Assembly (NCBI GenBank): GCA_018303185.1
Contig: JAGVYR010000030.1
Span: 1-54,562, forward strand
From: Candidatus Woesearchaeota archaeon
Lineage (GTDB): Archaea; Nanobdellota; Nanobdellia; Woesearchaeales; GW2011-AR4
Direction of reading: 5' to 3'
Length of the DNA: 54,562 bases
The notes beneath the pieces were generated by a model. That model was not told the origin of the DNA and did not search any database. It saw nothing but the letters and a program-made list of their open reading frames with translations. Position 1 is the first letter of the stretch. Every line of letters begins with the position of its first letter. The position numbers and the translations under genes are program-made. Of the stretch, positions 37,847-46,106 are shown in pieces.

Positions 37847-38482
37847 ATGAAATATGTGGTTGTGGCTCCTGTCGGGGGCAGCATGGACGCATTGTTTGTG
37901 GGAATAAGGGAATTTCCCACCGAAAGAGTCATTCTTCTGGTCCCTGAAGGCAAGGCAGACGAGGCAAGGAAGGCGAAGCACGATCTGGACAGGTTCAAGA
38001 TACCTGCTGAAATACAGGAAATAAAAGGCAGCGTATGGGAATCCGTTTTTATGAAGATAGCCGAGATAAAAAACATAGAGAAAGGAAAAGAAATCCTGAT
38101 AAACACATCAACAGGGGACAGAAACACGACATGCGCAGCAACTTCAGCGGCTTTTGTAAACGGGCTCAAGGCGATTGCAGTTGACGGCAATGAGGCAATG
38201 CTCCTTCCTGTGCTGAAATTCTCCTATTACAACATGATTGCAGGGAGAAAGATGGAAATACTCAAATTGCTGGCAAAGCCCGGGTGCTGCGCGTCACTTG
38301 AAGAATTAAGCAGGAAAACGAAAATGTCCCTTCCATTAATAAGCTACCACATCAACGGAAACCTCAAGTCAGAAGGGCTGAAGGAGATGGGCCTTATAGA
38401 GACAACTGAAGTGAAAGGCAGGGTTGGAGTCACACTTTCGACACTGGGAAGGATGCTGATTAAGGGGTATATTGGTTCTTGA
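37847..38482 (+). CDS. CARF-like/DUF6293 (HFX_2341-type) domain + wHTH transcriptional regulator
   Basis: Rossmann-like N-terminus (VVVAPVG, ERVILL, INTSTG.R) and C-terminal HTH (SLEELSRKTKMSLPLISYHI). Confidence 0.7.
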   Translation: MKYVVVAPVGGSMDALFVGIREFPTERVILLVPEGKADEARKAKHDLDRFKIPAEIQEIKGSVWESVFMKIAEIKNIEKGKEILINTSTGDRNTTCAATSAAFVNGLKAIAVDGNEAMLLPVLKFSYYNMIAGRKMEILKLLAKPGCCASLEELSRKTKMSLPLISYHINGNLKSEGLKEMGLIETTEVKGRVGVTLSTLGRMLIKGYIGS

Positions 38483-38533
38483 CTATTCTATAGTGATTAA
38501 CTTTATATAGGATTCTATAATGCCTATACGCTT

Positions 38534-39793
38534 ATGGACATTTCATTGCTTGTTGAAAATACTATACTCAAGGGAGAAAACCAGCCTCTCCTTAGGCTAT
38601 ACGAAAGCCTAGGCAAGGTGGTTGTTGCAGAGCCCTGGGAGATAAATGCCAAGGCGGCCAAAAAGATAAAGAGGATCAATGTCCTTGTTACGAGGTCAAA
38701 GGTAAAAGTTACAAAAGAGCTTATTGATGCGGCTGAATGGAGGGCAATTGCAACAGTTACCGCAGGCACCGACCATATTGACACTGCTTATGCAAAAAAG
38801 AGAGAAATTCCAGTGATCTATGCGCCGGGCTCAAATTCGAATGCTGTTGCCGAGTTTTTTTTCACCGCAATTGGCTATGTTTTAAGAGGCAGAGAGAAGC
38901 CGTTAAGCAAATATTCTCTTGGAGTAATAGGAAACGGCCATTGCGGCAGCGCAGTGGTGCGCATTGCGCAGGGATTCGGGATGGAAACAAGAATCTATGA
39001 CCCGCCCCTTCATACAAAAGCACCTGAAAGCTTTAAGCAAAGCGACCTTGAAGAAACCCTCGCATGCGATATTGTGACATTGCATATTCCCCTTACCAAA
39101 TCAGGAAAGTATGCCACTAAAGGGATGATTAATGAAGAAACACTTCGGTATATGAAAAAAGGCGCATACCTAGTAAATATGTCAAGGGGAGGAGTTTTGG
39201 ACACTCAAGCAGTAATAGATGCCATACATAAAGATAGGATAGGGGGAGTAATCACTGACGTCTTTGCAAATGAGCCTTCTCTTTCTGCTGAGGACAGGCA
39301 ACTTGCAGATAATGCAGTCCTGGCGACGCCGCATGTGGCGGGATGGGCGGCCGAGGCATTGAGGAGAGGGGCAGTGCAGGCATATTATGGGATTTGCGAA
39401 GCCCTTAACACCACACCGGATGAACATGCAGATGATTATATCACCAAAGGGCTTAAAGAAAGGTATGGGCATGTGGTCGAGATAAATGGAGAGAAAAATG
39501 CTGTCGAGAGGGCGTTTTTAAAACTTCTCGAGGCAAATCATGATATTGCTGAAACAAGCTGGCAATTCAAGACGGGATTGGGGCGCGCATCCTCCTCAGG
39601 GCATGCTGCGATTTGCTTTAATTGGATGAGGGCTGAACATAACAGAAGAGAGATAGCAGGCAAGGCAATTCAGCTTGACATAAAAGACAGAAAGCTAAGT
39701 GCGCAGGCTGAAAAACTGGCTCTGGCATTCAATATGGGGATATACGATTCTGGCAGAGGCAGGCAGCCAAATTACATAATGAGAATTTCTTAA
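38534..39793 (+). CDS. D-isomer 2-hydroxyacid dehydrogenase, PdxB (4-phosphoerythronate dehydrogenase)-like
   Basis: TRS, TAGTDHID, APGSN.NAVAE, GVIGNGHCG, YDPP, LHIPLT, N.SRG, DVF.NEP, TPHVAG. Confidence 0.75.
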   Translation: MDISLLVENTILKGENQPLLRLYESLGKVVVAEPWEINAKAAKKIKRINVLVTRSKVKVTKELIDAAEWRAIATVTAGTDHIDTAYAKKREIPVIYAPGSNSNAVAEFFFTAIGYVLRGREKPLSKYSLGVIGNGHCGSAVVRIAQGFGMETRIYDPPLHTKAPESFKQSDLEETLACDIVTLHIPLTKSGKYATKGMINEETLRYMKKGAYLVNMSRGGVLDTQAVIDAIHKDRIGGVITDVFANEPSLSAEDRQLADNAVLATPHVAGWAAEALRRGAVQAYYGICEALNTTPDEHADDYITKGLKERYGHVVEINGEKNAVERAFLKLLEANHDIAETSWQFKTGLGRASSSGHAAICFNWMRAEHNRREIAGKAIQLDIKDRKLSAQAEKLALAFNMGIYDSGRGRQPNYIMRIS

Positions 39794-40659
39794 GCAGCCT
39801 TTACAGAAGATGTTTTTTCAATCTTCCTGTAAACAATAAAAACCACACCAAGATAAGCAGCATAGCTTAAAACCTCAACCAAAGAAGGATTCCCATTATA
39901 GCCGAAAAGCCCTACAAAAAAGCTTCCGATTGCGCCTTTCTCATGAAGCAGAGGGAAAGAGCCGTCTGCATTGACAGCAGGGTTTATGTCCCAAACATGC
40001 TCAACAACTATCGGAACTATTCCGGCTTCCTCAAGCTCATGGATTCCATGCGCAACAAGGCCTGCAGCAAACAGTATCAAAAGCACGGAGCTTATACTGA
40101 AGAATTTCCTCAAATTGACTTTTCTTGTGCCTGAGAAAAACAGATAGCCGGCTATGAGGGCAATAGCGATGCCCAAAGTGCTGCCAAGCAATGAAATTCC
40201 GCTTTCATACTTTACGGCATTCAGAAATATGACAGTCTCAATGCCTTCCCTCAATACTGCTATTGATATCAATATGAAAAGGCCCCACGCATATCTTTTG
40301 TTCAGCTCCGCAACCCGGATGTGGGCATGAACCCTTTCCTGGATATTTTTTGACATGCGGTGCTTTTGCTTCAGCATCCATAATACCATGGTTGAAAGAA
40401 GGGCAGCAGCGATAAGCATTGTAGCGCCTTCAAAAATCTCCTCAGACTTTCCTGAAAAGCCGCCGGCGAAAACAGTGAACATGACAGCGGCAAGAATGCT
40501 TGCGATTATGCCAAATGCTATGCCATAATAGACCGTCTTCTTGTACTCGTAGCGCTCTGTCTTGTTGAGATAGGCCATCACTATTCCTACGACTAAAGCC
40601 GCTTCCAGTGTTTCCCTTGATGTCAATAAAAAGCTTGATAGCATTGCGTTTTCCACCAT
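39790..40659 (-). CDS. FTR1 family iron permease
   Basis: Two RExxE motifs (RETLE, REGIE), HELEEAG, LFGY; start 40659 or 40644. Confidence 0.92.
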   Translation of the reverse strand: MVENAMLSSFLLTSRETLEAALVVGIVMAYLNKTERYEYKKTVYYGIAFGIIASILAAVMFTVFAGGFSGKSEEIFEGATMLIAAALLSTMVLWMLKQKHRMSKNIQERVHAHIRVAELNKRYAWGLFILISIAVLREGIETVIFLNAVKYESGISLLGSTLGIAIALIAGYLFFSGTRKVNLRKFFSISSVLLILFAAGLVAHGIHELEEAGIVPIVVEHVWDINPAVNADGSFPLLHEKGAIGSFFVGLFGYNGNPSLVEVLSYAAYLGVVFIVYRKIEKTSSVKAA

Positions 40660-40666
40660 TTAATAA

Positions 40667-40852
40667 GGCTCCAGTGAAAATCTCACTTCGTTCGGCCAGT
40701 GCCTGCTCGCCTTTATGAGTTTTTCTCAGGCATGCCACCCCGCAACTGGTTACACCCGGTTGACATGTAACGAAAATCGAAGATTTTCGGAACGTCCGGA
40801 AACCTTCGGTTTCCGATACGCAAGATGGAGCTTACAGCTCCATGCCGTGGCT
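40667..40852. mobile_element. MITE-family remnant (copy C)
   Basis: Begins GGCTCCAGTGAAAAT-CTCACTTCGTTCG; 40743-40765 matches 22314-22336 at 22/23; shares modules with copy A; no right TIR seen. Confidence 0.7.
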
Positions 40853-40932
40853 ATAAGAAGAGATATTTAAACTTTTTTACAGCAAATTAAGAAATATTGC
40901 GGAAAGATTAAAAATGGCTGCGAATTCAGCAA

Positions 40933-41095
40933 AGGTCGGTGCGAAATGAAGGTTGCCATCATCAGGGCGAGGCTCTTTAATTGGCAGATTAAAAGAGTTG
41001 AAGGGGACGCTCCCTACGGGACTTCAACGATACTTTCAGAGAGACATCAAAGCCGAGCAGATGGCAACCCGAAGAATGAGATTTCGCACCGACAT
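40933..41095. mobile_element. MITE-like element (copy D)
   Basis: TIR GTCGGTGCGAAAT/ATTTCGCACCGAC; inner IR GGTTGCCATC/GATGGCAACC; ATTCAGCAA on both flanks (40924-40932, 41098-41106). Confidence 0.75.
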
Positions 41096-41118
41096 AGATT
41101 CAGCAACAAAGGGGGAAA

Positions 41119-41547
41119 ATGGACCAGCTTGACAATAGTATAATACAGATTCTAAGAAAGAATGGAAGGGCATCTTTCCAGGAGATGGCAAAGCTTCTAA
41201 ATGCACCTGAAAGCACCATAAGAAGCCGTGTCAAAGGCTTGGAAAGCAAAGGAGCTATAAGGGGATATTCCGCTGTTGTAGACCCTTCAAAGCTCGGATT
41301 TGGCAGTGTTGCAATGGTCGGCATAGACACAGCACCTGAAAGGTTTCTGGAAATTGCAAACATGCTTACAGAATTTGAGAGTGTAAAATCTGTCTCAACA
41401 TGCTCAGGAGACCATATGATAATGACTGAAATCTGGATGGAGAATGCCTCCCAGCTAAGGGATTTTATCAGGAATAAAGTGGAGAAGATTGACGGGGTTA
41501 CAAGGACATGCCCTGCGATAGTGATGGAAAGATTGAAGGAAGCTTGA
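41119..41547 (+). CDS. Lrp/AsnC family transcriptional regulator
   Basis: MDQLD..I..LRKNGR.S..E.A, ESTIRSRV..LE..G.I.GY, SGDH. Confidence 0.93.
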   Translation: MDQLDNSIIQILRKNGRASFQEMAKLLNAPESTIRSRVKGLESKGAIRGYSAVVDPSKLGFGSVAMVGIDTAPERFLEIANMLTEFESVKSVSTCSGDHMIMTEIWMENASQLRDFIRNKVEKIDGVTRTCPAIVMERLKEA

Positions 41548-41574
41548 TATTGCTTACACATCCAGGGGGGGCAA

Positions 41575-41729
41575 GGTCAACTTAAGGAAGGGTGCCTCAT
41601 TATTTCTGCTGAGGCAATGAATGCGTTCTGGAACAATGGAACAGTTTTTCCCCAATAAAAAATATCCAATGGCTCAAAATAAAAAACATTCAAAAAACTG
41701 CCGAAGCAGATGGCACCCTTAAGTTGGCC
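41575..41729. repeat. Dispersed IR-bounded repeat, family 2, copy 2
   Basis: Ends GGTCAACTTAAGG/CCTTAAGTTGGCC; 56-bp core shared with 24463-24518. Confidence 0.75.
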
Positions 41730-41783
41730 ATATCTCCGGGAAGCGACGATAGATTTAAATACCATAAACATAACTATTACAAC

Positions 41784-41987
41784 ATGAGCGACACAATAAC
41801 TATACCCAAATCGGAATACAAGAAGCTAAAGGAATCTGTAACAATATCAAAAGCAGAATATGAGGAGATGCTTGAAACTATTGAAATTTTAAGCGACAGG
41901 GGCATTCTGAAAGATATCAGTGATTCCAAGAAGCAGTTTGAAGAAGGCAAATTTACGACTTTAAGCAATCTCAAAAATGAAATTTGA
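41784..41987 (+). CDS. Antitoxin (RelB/YefM-like C-terminus)
   Basis: EYEEMLETIEILSD..I..S...GK; overlaps the relE start. Confidence 0.78.
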   Translation: MSDTITIPKSEYKKLKESVTISKAEYEEMLETIEILSDRGILKDISDSKKQFEEGKFTTLSNLKNEI

Positions 41988-42246
41988 GGTTGTCGTTCCT
42001 GATAAAATAAAGAAGAGAATTCTGAAGCTCGAGAAAGCTGACAGGGAAAGAATTTTTGAGAAACTTGACGAATTGTCCCCTAATTATGAGTTGGGCAAGC
42101 ACCTTTCTTCCATAAACCTATGGAGCTTAAGGGCAGGGGACTACAGGATTCTTTACCAAGCTGATAAAGGCAGAATAAAGATATTTGTCTTCCATTTCGG
42201 AGGCAGGAAGAATGTTTACGATATCCTGAAAAAGCTTTCCAGGTAA
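41977..42246 (+). CDS. relE: RelE/ParE family toxin
   Basis: GKHL, WSLRAGDYRILY, GGRKNVY. Confidence 0.88.
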   Translation: MKFEVVVPDKIKKRILKLEKADRERIFEKLDELSPNYELGKHLSSINLWSLRAGDYRILYQADKGRIKIFVFHFGGRKNVYDILKKLSR

Positions 42247-42258
42247 AACAAAAAACCC

Positions 42259-42960
42259 TTAAGCCCTGAAGGTGAACTTCTTCCTTATCTCGACAAAGCT
42301 CTCTGCCTTTACTTTCATTTTCTCAAGGGCCTTGTCAAGCACTGCATTCAGGGTTACATATGAAACAGCAATCCCGGATGCGAAAAGAAGCCTTTCAACC
42401 AAAACTACCGGTATGAGGGCAATGTAAGCTTCAACAGTCATTGGCACTGACCATATCCATATTGCGCCGCCAACAGCATGGGCTGCGAAAGTAGAGCCAA
42501 GGCTCTTTGCCATGACGCCTTCTGAATACTTCTTTGGCAGGACTGCTGCTATCAATGGGACTGTCCAGAACAGCGAGAAGTACCATACCTGCTTTCCCAA
42601 TGGGTGCGCTATAAATGCTGCTATTGCAATCAATGAAACAGCAATTCCGAAGCTTTTCCTCTTTGTTCCGAAATAGTATGCTGCAAAAAGCATAGGCAGG
42701 ATTCTTAGCAGGCTGAGCATTGAAAACTGGGTTCCTGCTATGAAAAAGTTTGAAAGCTGTGCAATCAAGACAGATGCAGCGCCTACAACAGGGCCAAGAA
42801 ACATGCCTGCTGTGGGCCCGAAGAGCTGGAACAGGGTAAAGAACTGGTTTTCTTTTCCAACCAATGCAGAGAAGTTGATGTTCATTCCGACAAGGGACAG
42901 CAAAGCAAACAATCCCAAAAACAATACACCTTTTTTCGTAAAGAGCTTTTTGAATTCCAT
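42259..42960 (-). CDS. Membrane protein, ECF S-component-like
   Basis: About 7 TM helices, P..G.FLGP..G pattern; GGTGA RBS before ATG 42960. Confidence 0.6.
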   Translation of the reverse strand: MEFKKLFTKKGVLFLGLFALLSLVGMNINFSALVGKENQFFTLFQLFGPTAGMFLGPVVGAASVLIAQLSNFFIAGTQFSMLSLLRILPMLFAAYYFGTKRKSFGIAVSLIAIAAFIAHPLGKQVWYFSLFWTVPLIAAVLPKKYSEGVMAKSLGSTFAAHAVGGAIWIWSVPMTVEAYIALIPVVLVERLLFASGIAVSYVTLNAVLDKALEKMKVKAESFVEIRKKFTFRA

Positions 42961-43010
42961 AAGGATATCACCTAGAAAATGCATAACTGATGGGTTTAAA
43001 AATGTTTTTA

Positions 43011-43514
43011 TCAAAACCCCTGCATCAGATGCACAGAATAAGTCTTTCCTTTCGGAATTCTTCTTATTAAGTTCCTTTTTTCAAAATCAGTCAGAACCTG
43101 AGAGACTTTTGCCTTTGATAAATCAGTGCGGAAAGTCAAAGTAGTCTGGGTTATGCCGTCCTGCTCTTTCACCGCCTTCAAAATGCGCTGCTCATAAGTA
43201 TCCATGACATTCAGGACAAGGCTGAACTTGTCTTCCTGCACTTTTGTATTTTTTTCCTGCTCAAGCCTTTCAAGTATTGCCTGCTCGCTTTTGTTAAAGA
43301 ACAATAAAAAGAAACCGAGGGAAGCTATGAAAGAGACAATGCCTATCGCAATATGTGATGTGCCTATGGCGCTCCTTACCTGCTGGCATCTTTCTGTAGG
43401 CGCGCACTGGAGGGCCTGCTCCTGCCTGTTCAAAGTTCCCATGAAAGAGAACAGCATAAAGCCTAGCACTATACTGACCCCTAATATCAGAAAGCCGAGC
43501 TTTTTTGACTCCAT
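43011..43514 (-). CDS. Membrane-anchored wHTH transcriptional regulator
   Basis: Two TM helices with a C-x5-C loop, then GITQ..L....LSKAKVSQVL..FEKR.LI.R...GKT. Confidence 0.82.
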   Translation of the reverse strand: MESKKLGFLILGVSIVLGFMLFSFMGTLNRQEQALQCAPTERCQQVRSAIGTSHIAIGIVSFIASLGFFLLFFNKSEQAILERLEQEKNTKVQEDKFSLVLNVMDTYEQRILKAVKEQDGITQTTLTFRTDLSKAKVSQVLTDFEKRNLIRRIPKGKTYSVHLMQGF

Positions 43515-43586
43515 AATCCACCTTTTAGGATAAAAAGGAAAAAACACTATAAAAAGATTGTGCTTTTTGCCAAGGAAAAAATTAAA

Positions 43587-44093
43587 TCAATCTTTTTTAA
43601 ATTTAAGCAGCAGCTTTCTCTCTTTCCAGACAATATAGAGCAGAAGAATGAATGCGGCTGCGAGCAAAGCAAGATTTAGGGAGCTTTTGCCGGTTTTTTC
43701 TGAAACAGAGCCTACATCAACACTGAAAGCTGTATCGGCAAGCAACTCCATGCCATTATAGAATTTTAAATCGATATCATAGCTGCCGCCTTCAGGGAAG
43801 ATATAGCTTAATGAGGAAATGCTGCCTTCAAGATAAAGATTTGTGGACAAAACAACTTCCTCTTCATTTGAAATCCTTATCCAAAGCCTGTCGGCATTCG
43901 CGTAACCGCTGTCATTTTTATTAGTAAGGATAAAGTTGAATATTGATTTTTCCCCAGCCTGCAGATTTACCGGAGCATAGCCAAAATCAACAATATAGCT
44001 TCCAGCCTCTTTGTCAATGCCCGCGTCAAGGTGTGAAATGGCAAAGACAGGTGAAAATACGATTGCAATCAAAATGAAATAAAACAGCTTCAT
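43587..44093 (-). CDS. Exported protein with C-terminal membrane anchor
   Basis: Signal peptide then SH, beta-rich domain (YIFP..G.Y), C-terminal TM helix plus basic tail. Confidence 0.65.
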   Translation of the reverse strand: MKLFYFILIAIVFSPVFAISHLDAGIDKEAGSYIVDFGYAPVNLQAGEKSIFNFILTNKNDSGYANADRLWIRISNEEEVVLSTNLYLEGSISSLSYIFPEGGSYDIDLKFYNGMELLADTAFSVDVGSVSEKTGKSSLNLALLAAAFILLLYIVWKERKLLLKFKKD

Positions 44094-44108
44094 ACCGCAT
44101 CATTCCCC

Positions 44109-44570
44109 TTATTTTTTGCTTCTTTCATCAAAACTAAGCCTGCCGGCGCCTGAGAATGCCAAAGACAAAGCCGCGAGCGCGAGCCCATAGTCTCTTACCG
44201 CGACATCATTGTAGCCAAGTGAGAGGCTTATGGAAAATATGTGCAATGCGGCTGCCAGAGCAGCAATTCTTGTGTAAAATCCTACAAGCAGGAGGATTCC
44301 GAGTGACAGGTCCAGCATCCCGTTTAATGCTATCAAAGTTACCGCTTCTACCGGAACAATGCCCATCATCCTGAAGTGCATGCCCTGCATTGTATCTGCA
44401 GGAGGAAATGCCCATGAAGGAAGGTAGCCAAGAAAATAATCCGGCTGGACAAGCTGGCTTACCCCGAACCAAATCAGGACAAGGGCGAGCCCTATCCTTA
44501 TTATTGTTACAGAATACTCTTTGTTTTTTGTGAAAAAGCTTTTTATTTTTTGCATCTTTCGCTGTTCCAT
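44109..44570 (-). CDS. DoxX family membrane protein
   Basis: RIGLALV..WFG, LLLVG..TR.AA, RD.GL, GAG.LS.D. Confidence 0.85.
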   Translation of the reverse strand: MEQRKMQKIKSFFTKNKEYSVTIIRIGLALVLIWFGVSQLVQPDYFLGYLPSWAFPPADTMQGMHFRMMGIVPVEAVTLIALNGMLDLSLGILLLVGFYTRIAALAAALHIFSISLSLGYNDVAVRDYGLALAALSLAFSGAGRLSFDERSKK

Positions 44571-44650
44571 TATTGCCGTTTTTAATAATTGTTATTTTTT
44601 ATTGGTTCTTCACTGCCGCGCTTGCTGAGCACCAGCCAAAGAATTACCAC

Positions 44651-45082
44651 CTACAATCCGCCCATGTCAGAGAATGACCATCCCGCAGCATTTTCCGCCT
44701 CAAAGCCCAAAGTGCATCCCGCAAAAGAAAGAAGCCAGAGGGCAATTAGTATTATTATCGCTGTTTTCAAAATCACTTTTTTCCTGTACCTGAAGTAAAT
44801 TATAGCCGCTATCGCAATTGCCGATGCCGCATGGAACAATATTATAAAATGGAAGATCCATGTCTCAACAGCATTTTCAGAAATGGAAAGCATATACAAT
44901 ATTCCGGCGGGCATGAATGCGAAGAAAAGCGCAGACATTCCCAAGAAACTCCCGATGTCCAAGTATTCGTTTCCCTCCATTACCACTATGGTAACTGCAC
45001 CAGCAAAAGACAAAACAATCAGGAACAGCGGGAAGAAATACCATCTGGATGCAAAATCCCATAGCCTGCTGCTGTCCGCCAT
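44651..45082 (-). CDS. Hypothetical membrane protein
   Basis: 4 hydrophobic helices; ends LLSFAGC... Confidence 0.6.
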   Translation of the reverse strand: MADSSRLWDFASRWYFFPLFLIVLSFAGAVTIVVMEGNEYLDIGSFLGMSALFFAFMPAGILYMLSISENAVETWIFHFIILFHAASAIAIAAIIYFRYRKKVILKTAIIILIALWLLSFAGCTLGFEAENAAGWSFSDMGGL

Positions 45083-45127
45083 ATTCTTATTAACTTCCTT
45101 TTGCTTTAAATTTTTATTGCTTTTTCA

Positions 45128-45328
45128 GGCTTTGTCCCAAGACTCGCTGCGCTCGGTTTAGTGGCAATCTCACTTCGTTCGTAGGTTTTACTTCGTAAAA
45201 CCTTCAAAGTCTTAGCTTATTCAGGCTCTTACTGACCTTTCCCGGATGGAGCGTCCCCTTTGTCAGCTTATCTGGAAATATGAAAGAGACTTTGACCTTA
45301 TGCCACTAAACTTTTCTTGGACAAAGCC
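45128..45328. mobile_element. MITE (copy E), 201 bp, IS5/IS903-like ends
   Basis: TIR GGCTTTGTCCCAAGA/TCTTGGACAAAGCC; perfect 9-bp duplication GCTTTTTCA at 45119-45127 and 45329-45337; inner IR GTTAGTGGCA/TGCCACTAAAC. Confidence 0.9.
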
Positions 45329-45334
45329 GCTTTT

Positions 45335-46105
45335 TCATTCAGCCTTATTGTAAATCCCGTACAGATTGTAAGATCCTATGAAAAACATCATGCCACTGAG
45401 AATCTGTCCCATCGTGAGCCAGCCGAAATAAAAGCCAAGCTGCGCGTCAGGAGCGCGGTAAAACTCGACAATGAAGCGGAGGAATCCGTAAAGCGCCACG
45501 AAAGCCCAGAACAGAAAGCCGCGAGGAAGCTTTAGTTTTCTTATATTCCATAATACTGTGAAACTCAATAAATTCTTTAATGAAGCGTATATCTGGGAAG
45601 GGTGGCGGAAGCCTTCAGCTCCCCGAAACTTGACTGCCCATGGCACATTAGTAATGCGGCCATACAGCTCGCCATTGGCAAAATTTCCCAATCTTCCGAG
45701 GGCAAGGCCAAGCGCAAGCGGAATTACAGTGATGTCGGCCATGTCGTAGAAATGCAATCTCTTTCTTTTCGTGAAGATAATACCGCCGATAACAGCGCCC
45801 ACAAGCCCGCCGTGGAAAGAGAGGCCGCCGTGCCAAACTGCGAAAATGTCGAGAGGGTTTGCGGCGTAGAAAGGAAGATTGTATATCAAAATGTAGAAAA
45901 CCCTTGCGCCAAGGATTGCCCCAATCAGAATATGAAGCAAGTAATCGGAGATATCATCCTTTGAAAGCTTCAATCCCTTTTCCTTCGAAAGCTTGATGAG
46001 CATGAAATACGCAATCACAAAGCCAAGAGCCCAGAACATGCCATAATACCTTACCTCCAGAGGCCCGAGCCTCAGAAGCACAGGGTCTATGGATGAAGTG
46101 AACAT
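45335..46105 (-). CDS. lgt: Prolipoprotein diacylglyceryl transferase (bacterial type)
   Basis: RYYG, GARVFY, GGLSFHGG, GRLGNFANGELYGR, HPSQIY, RFIVEFYR, TMGQILS. Confidence 0.95.
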   Translation of the reverse strand: MFTSSIDPVLLRLGPLEVRYYGMFWALGFVIAYFMLIKLSKEKGLKLSKDDISDYLLHILIGAILGARVFYILIYNLPFYAANPLDIFAVWHGGLSFHGGLVGAVIGGIIFTKRKRLHFYDMADITVIPLALGLALGRLGNFANGELYGRITNVPWAVKFRGAEGFRHPSQIYASLKNLLSFTVLWNIRKLKLPRGFLFWAFVALYGFLRFIVEFYRAPDAQLGFYFGWLTMGQILSGMMFFIGSYNLYGIYNKAE

Positions 46106-46106
46106 C

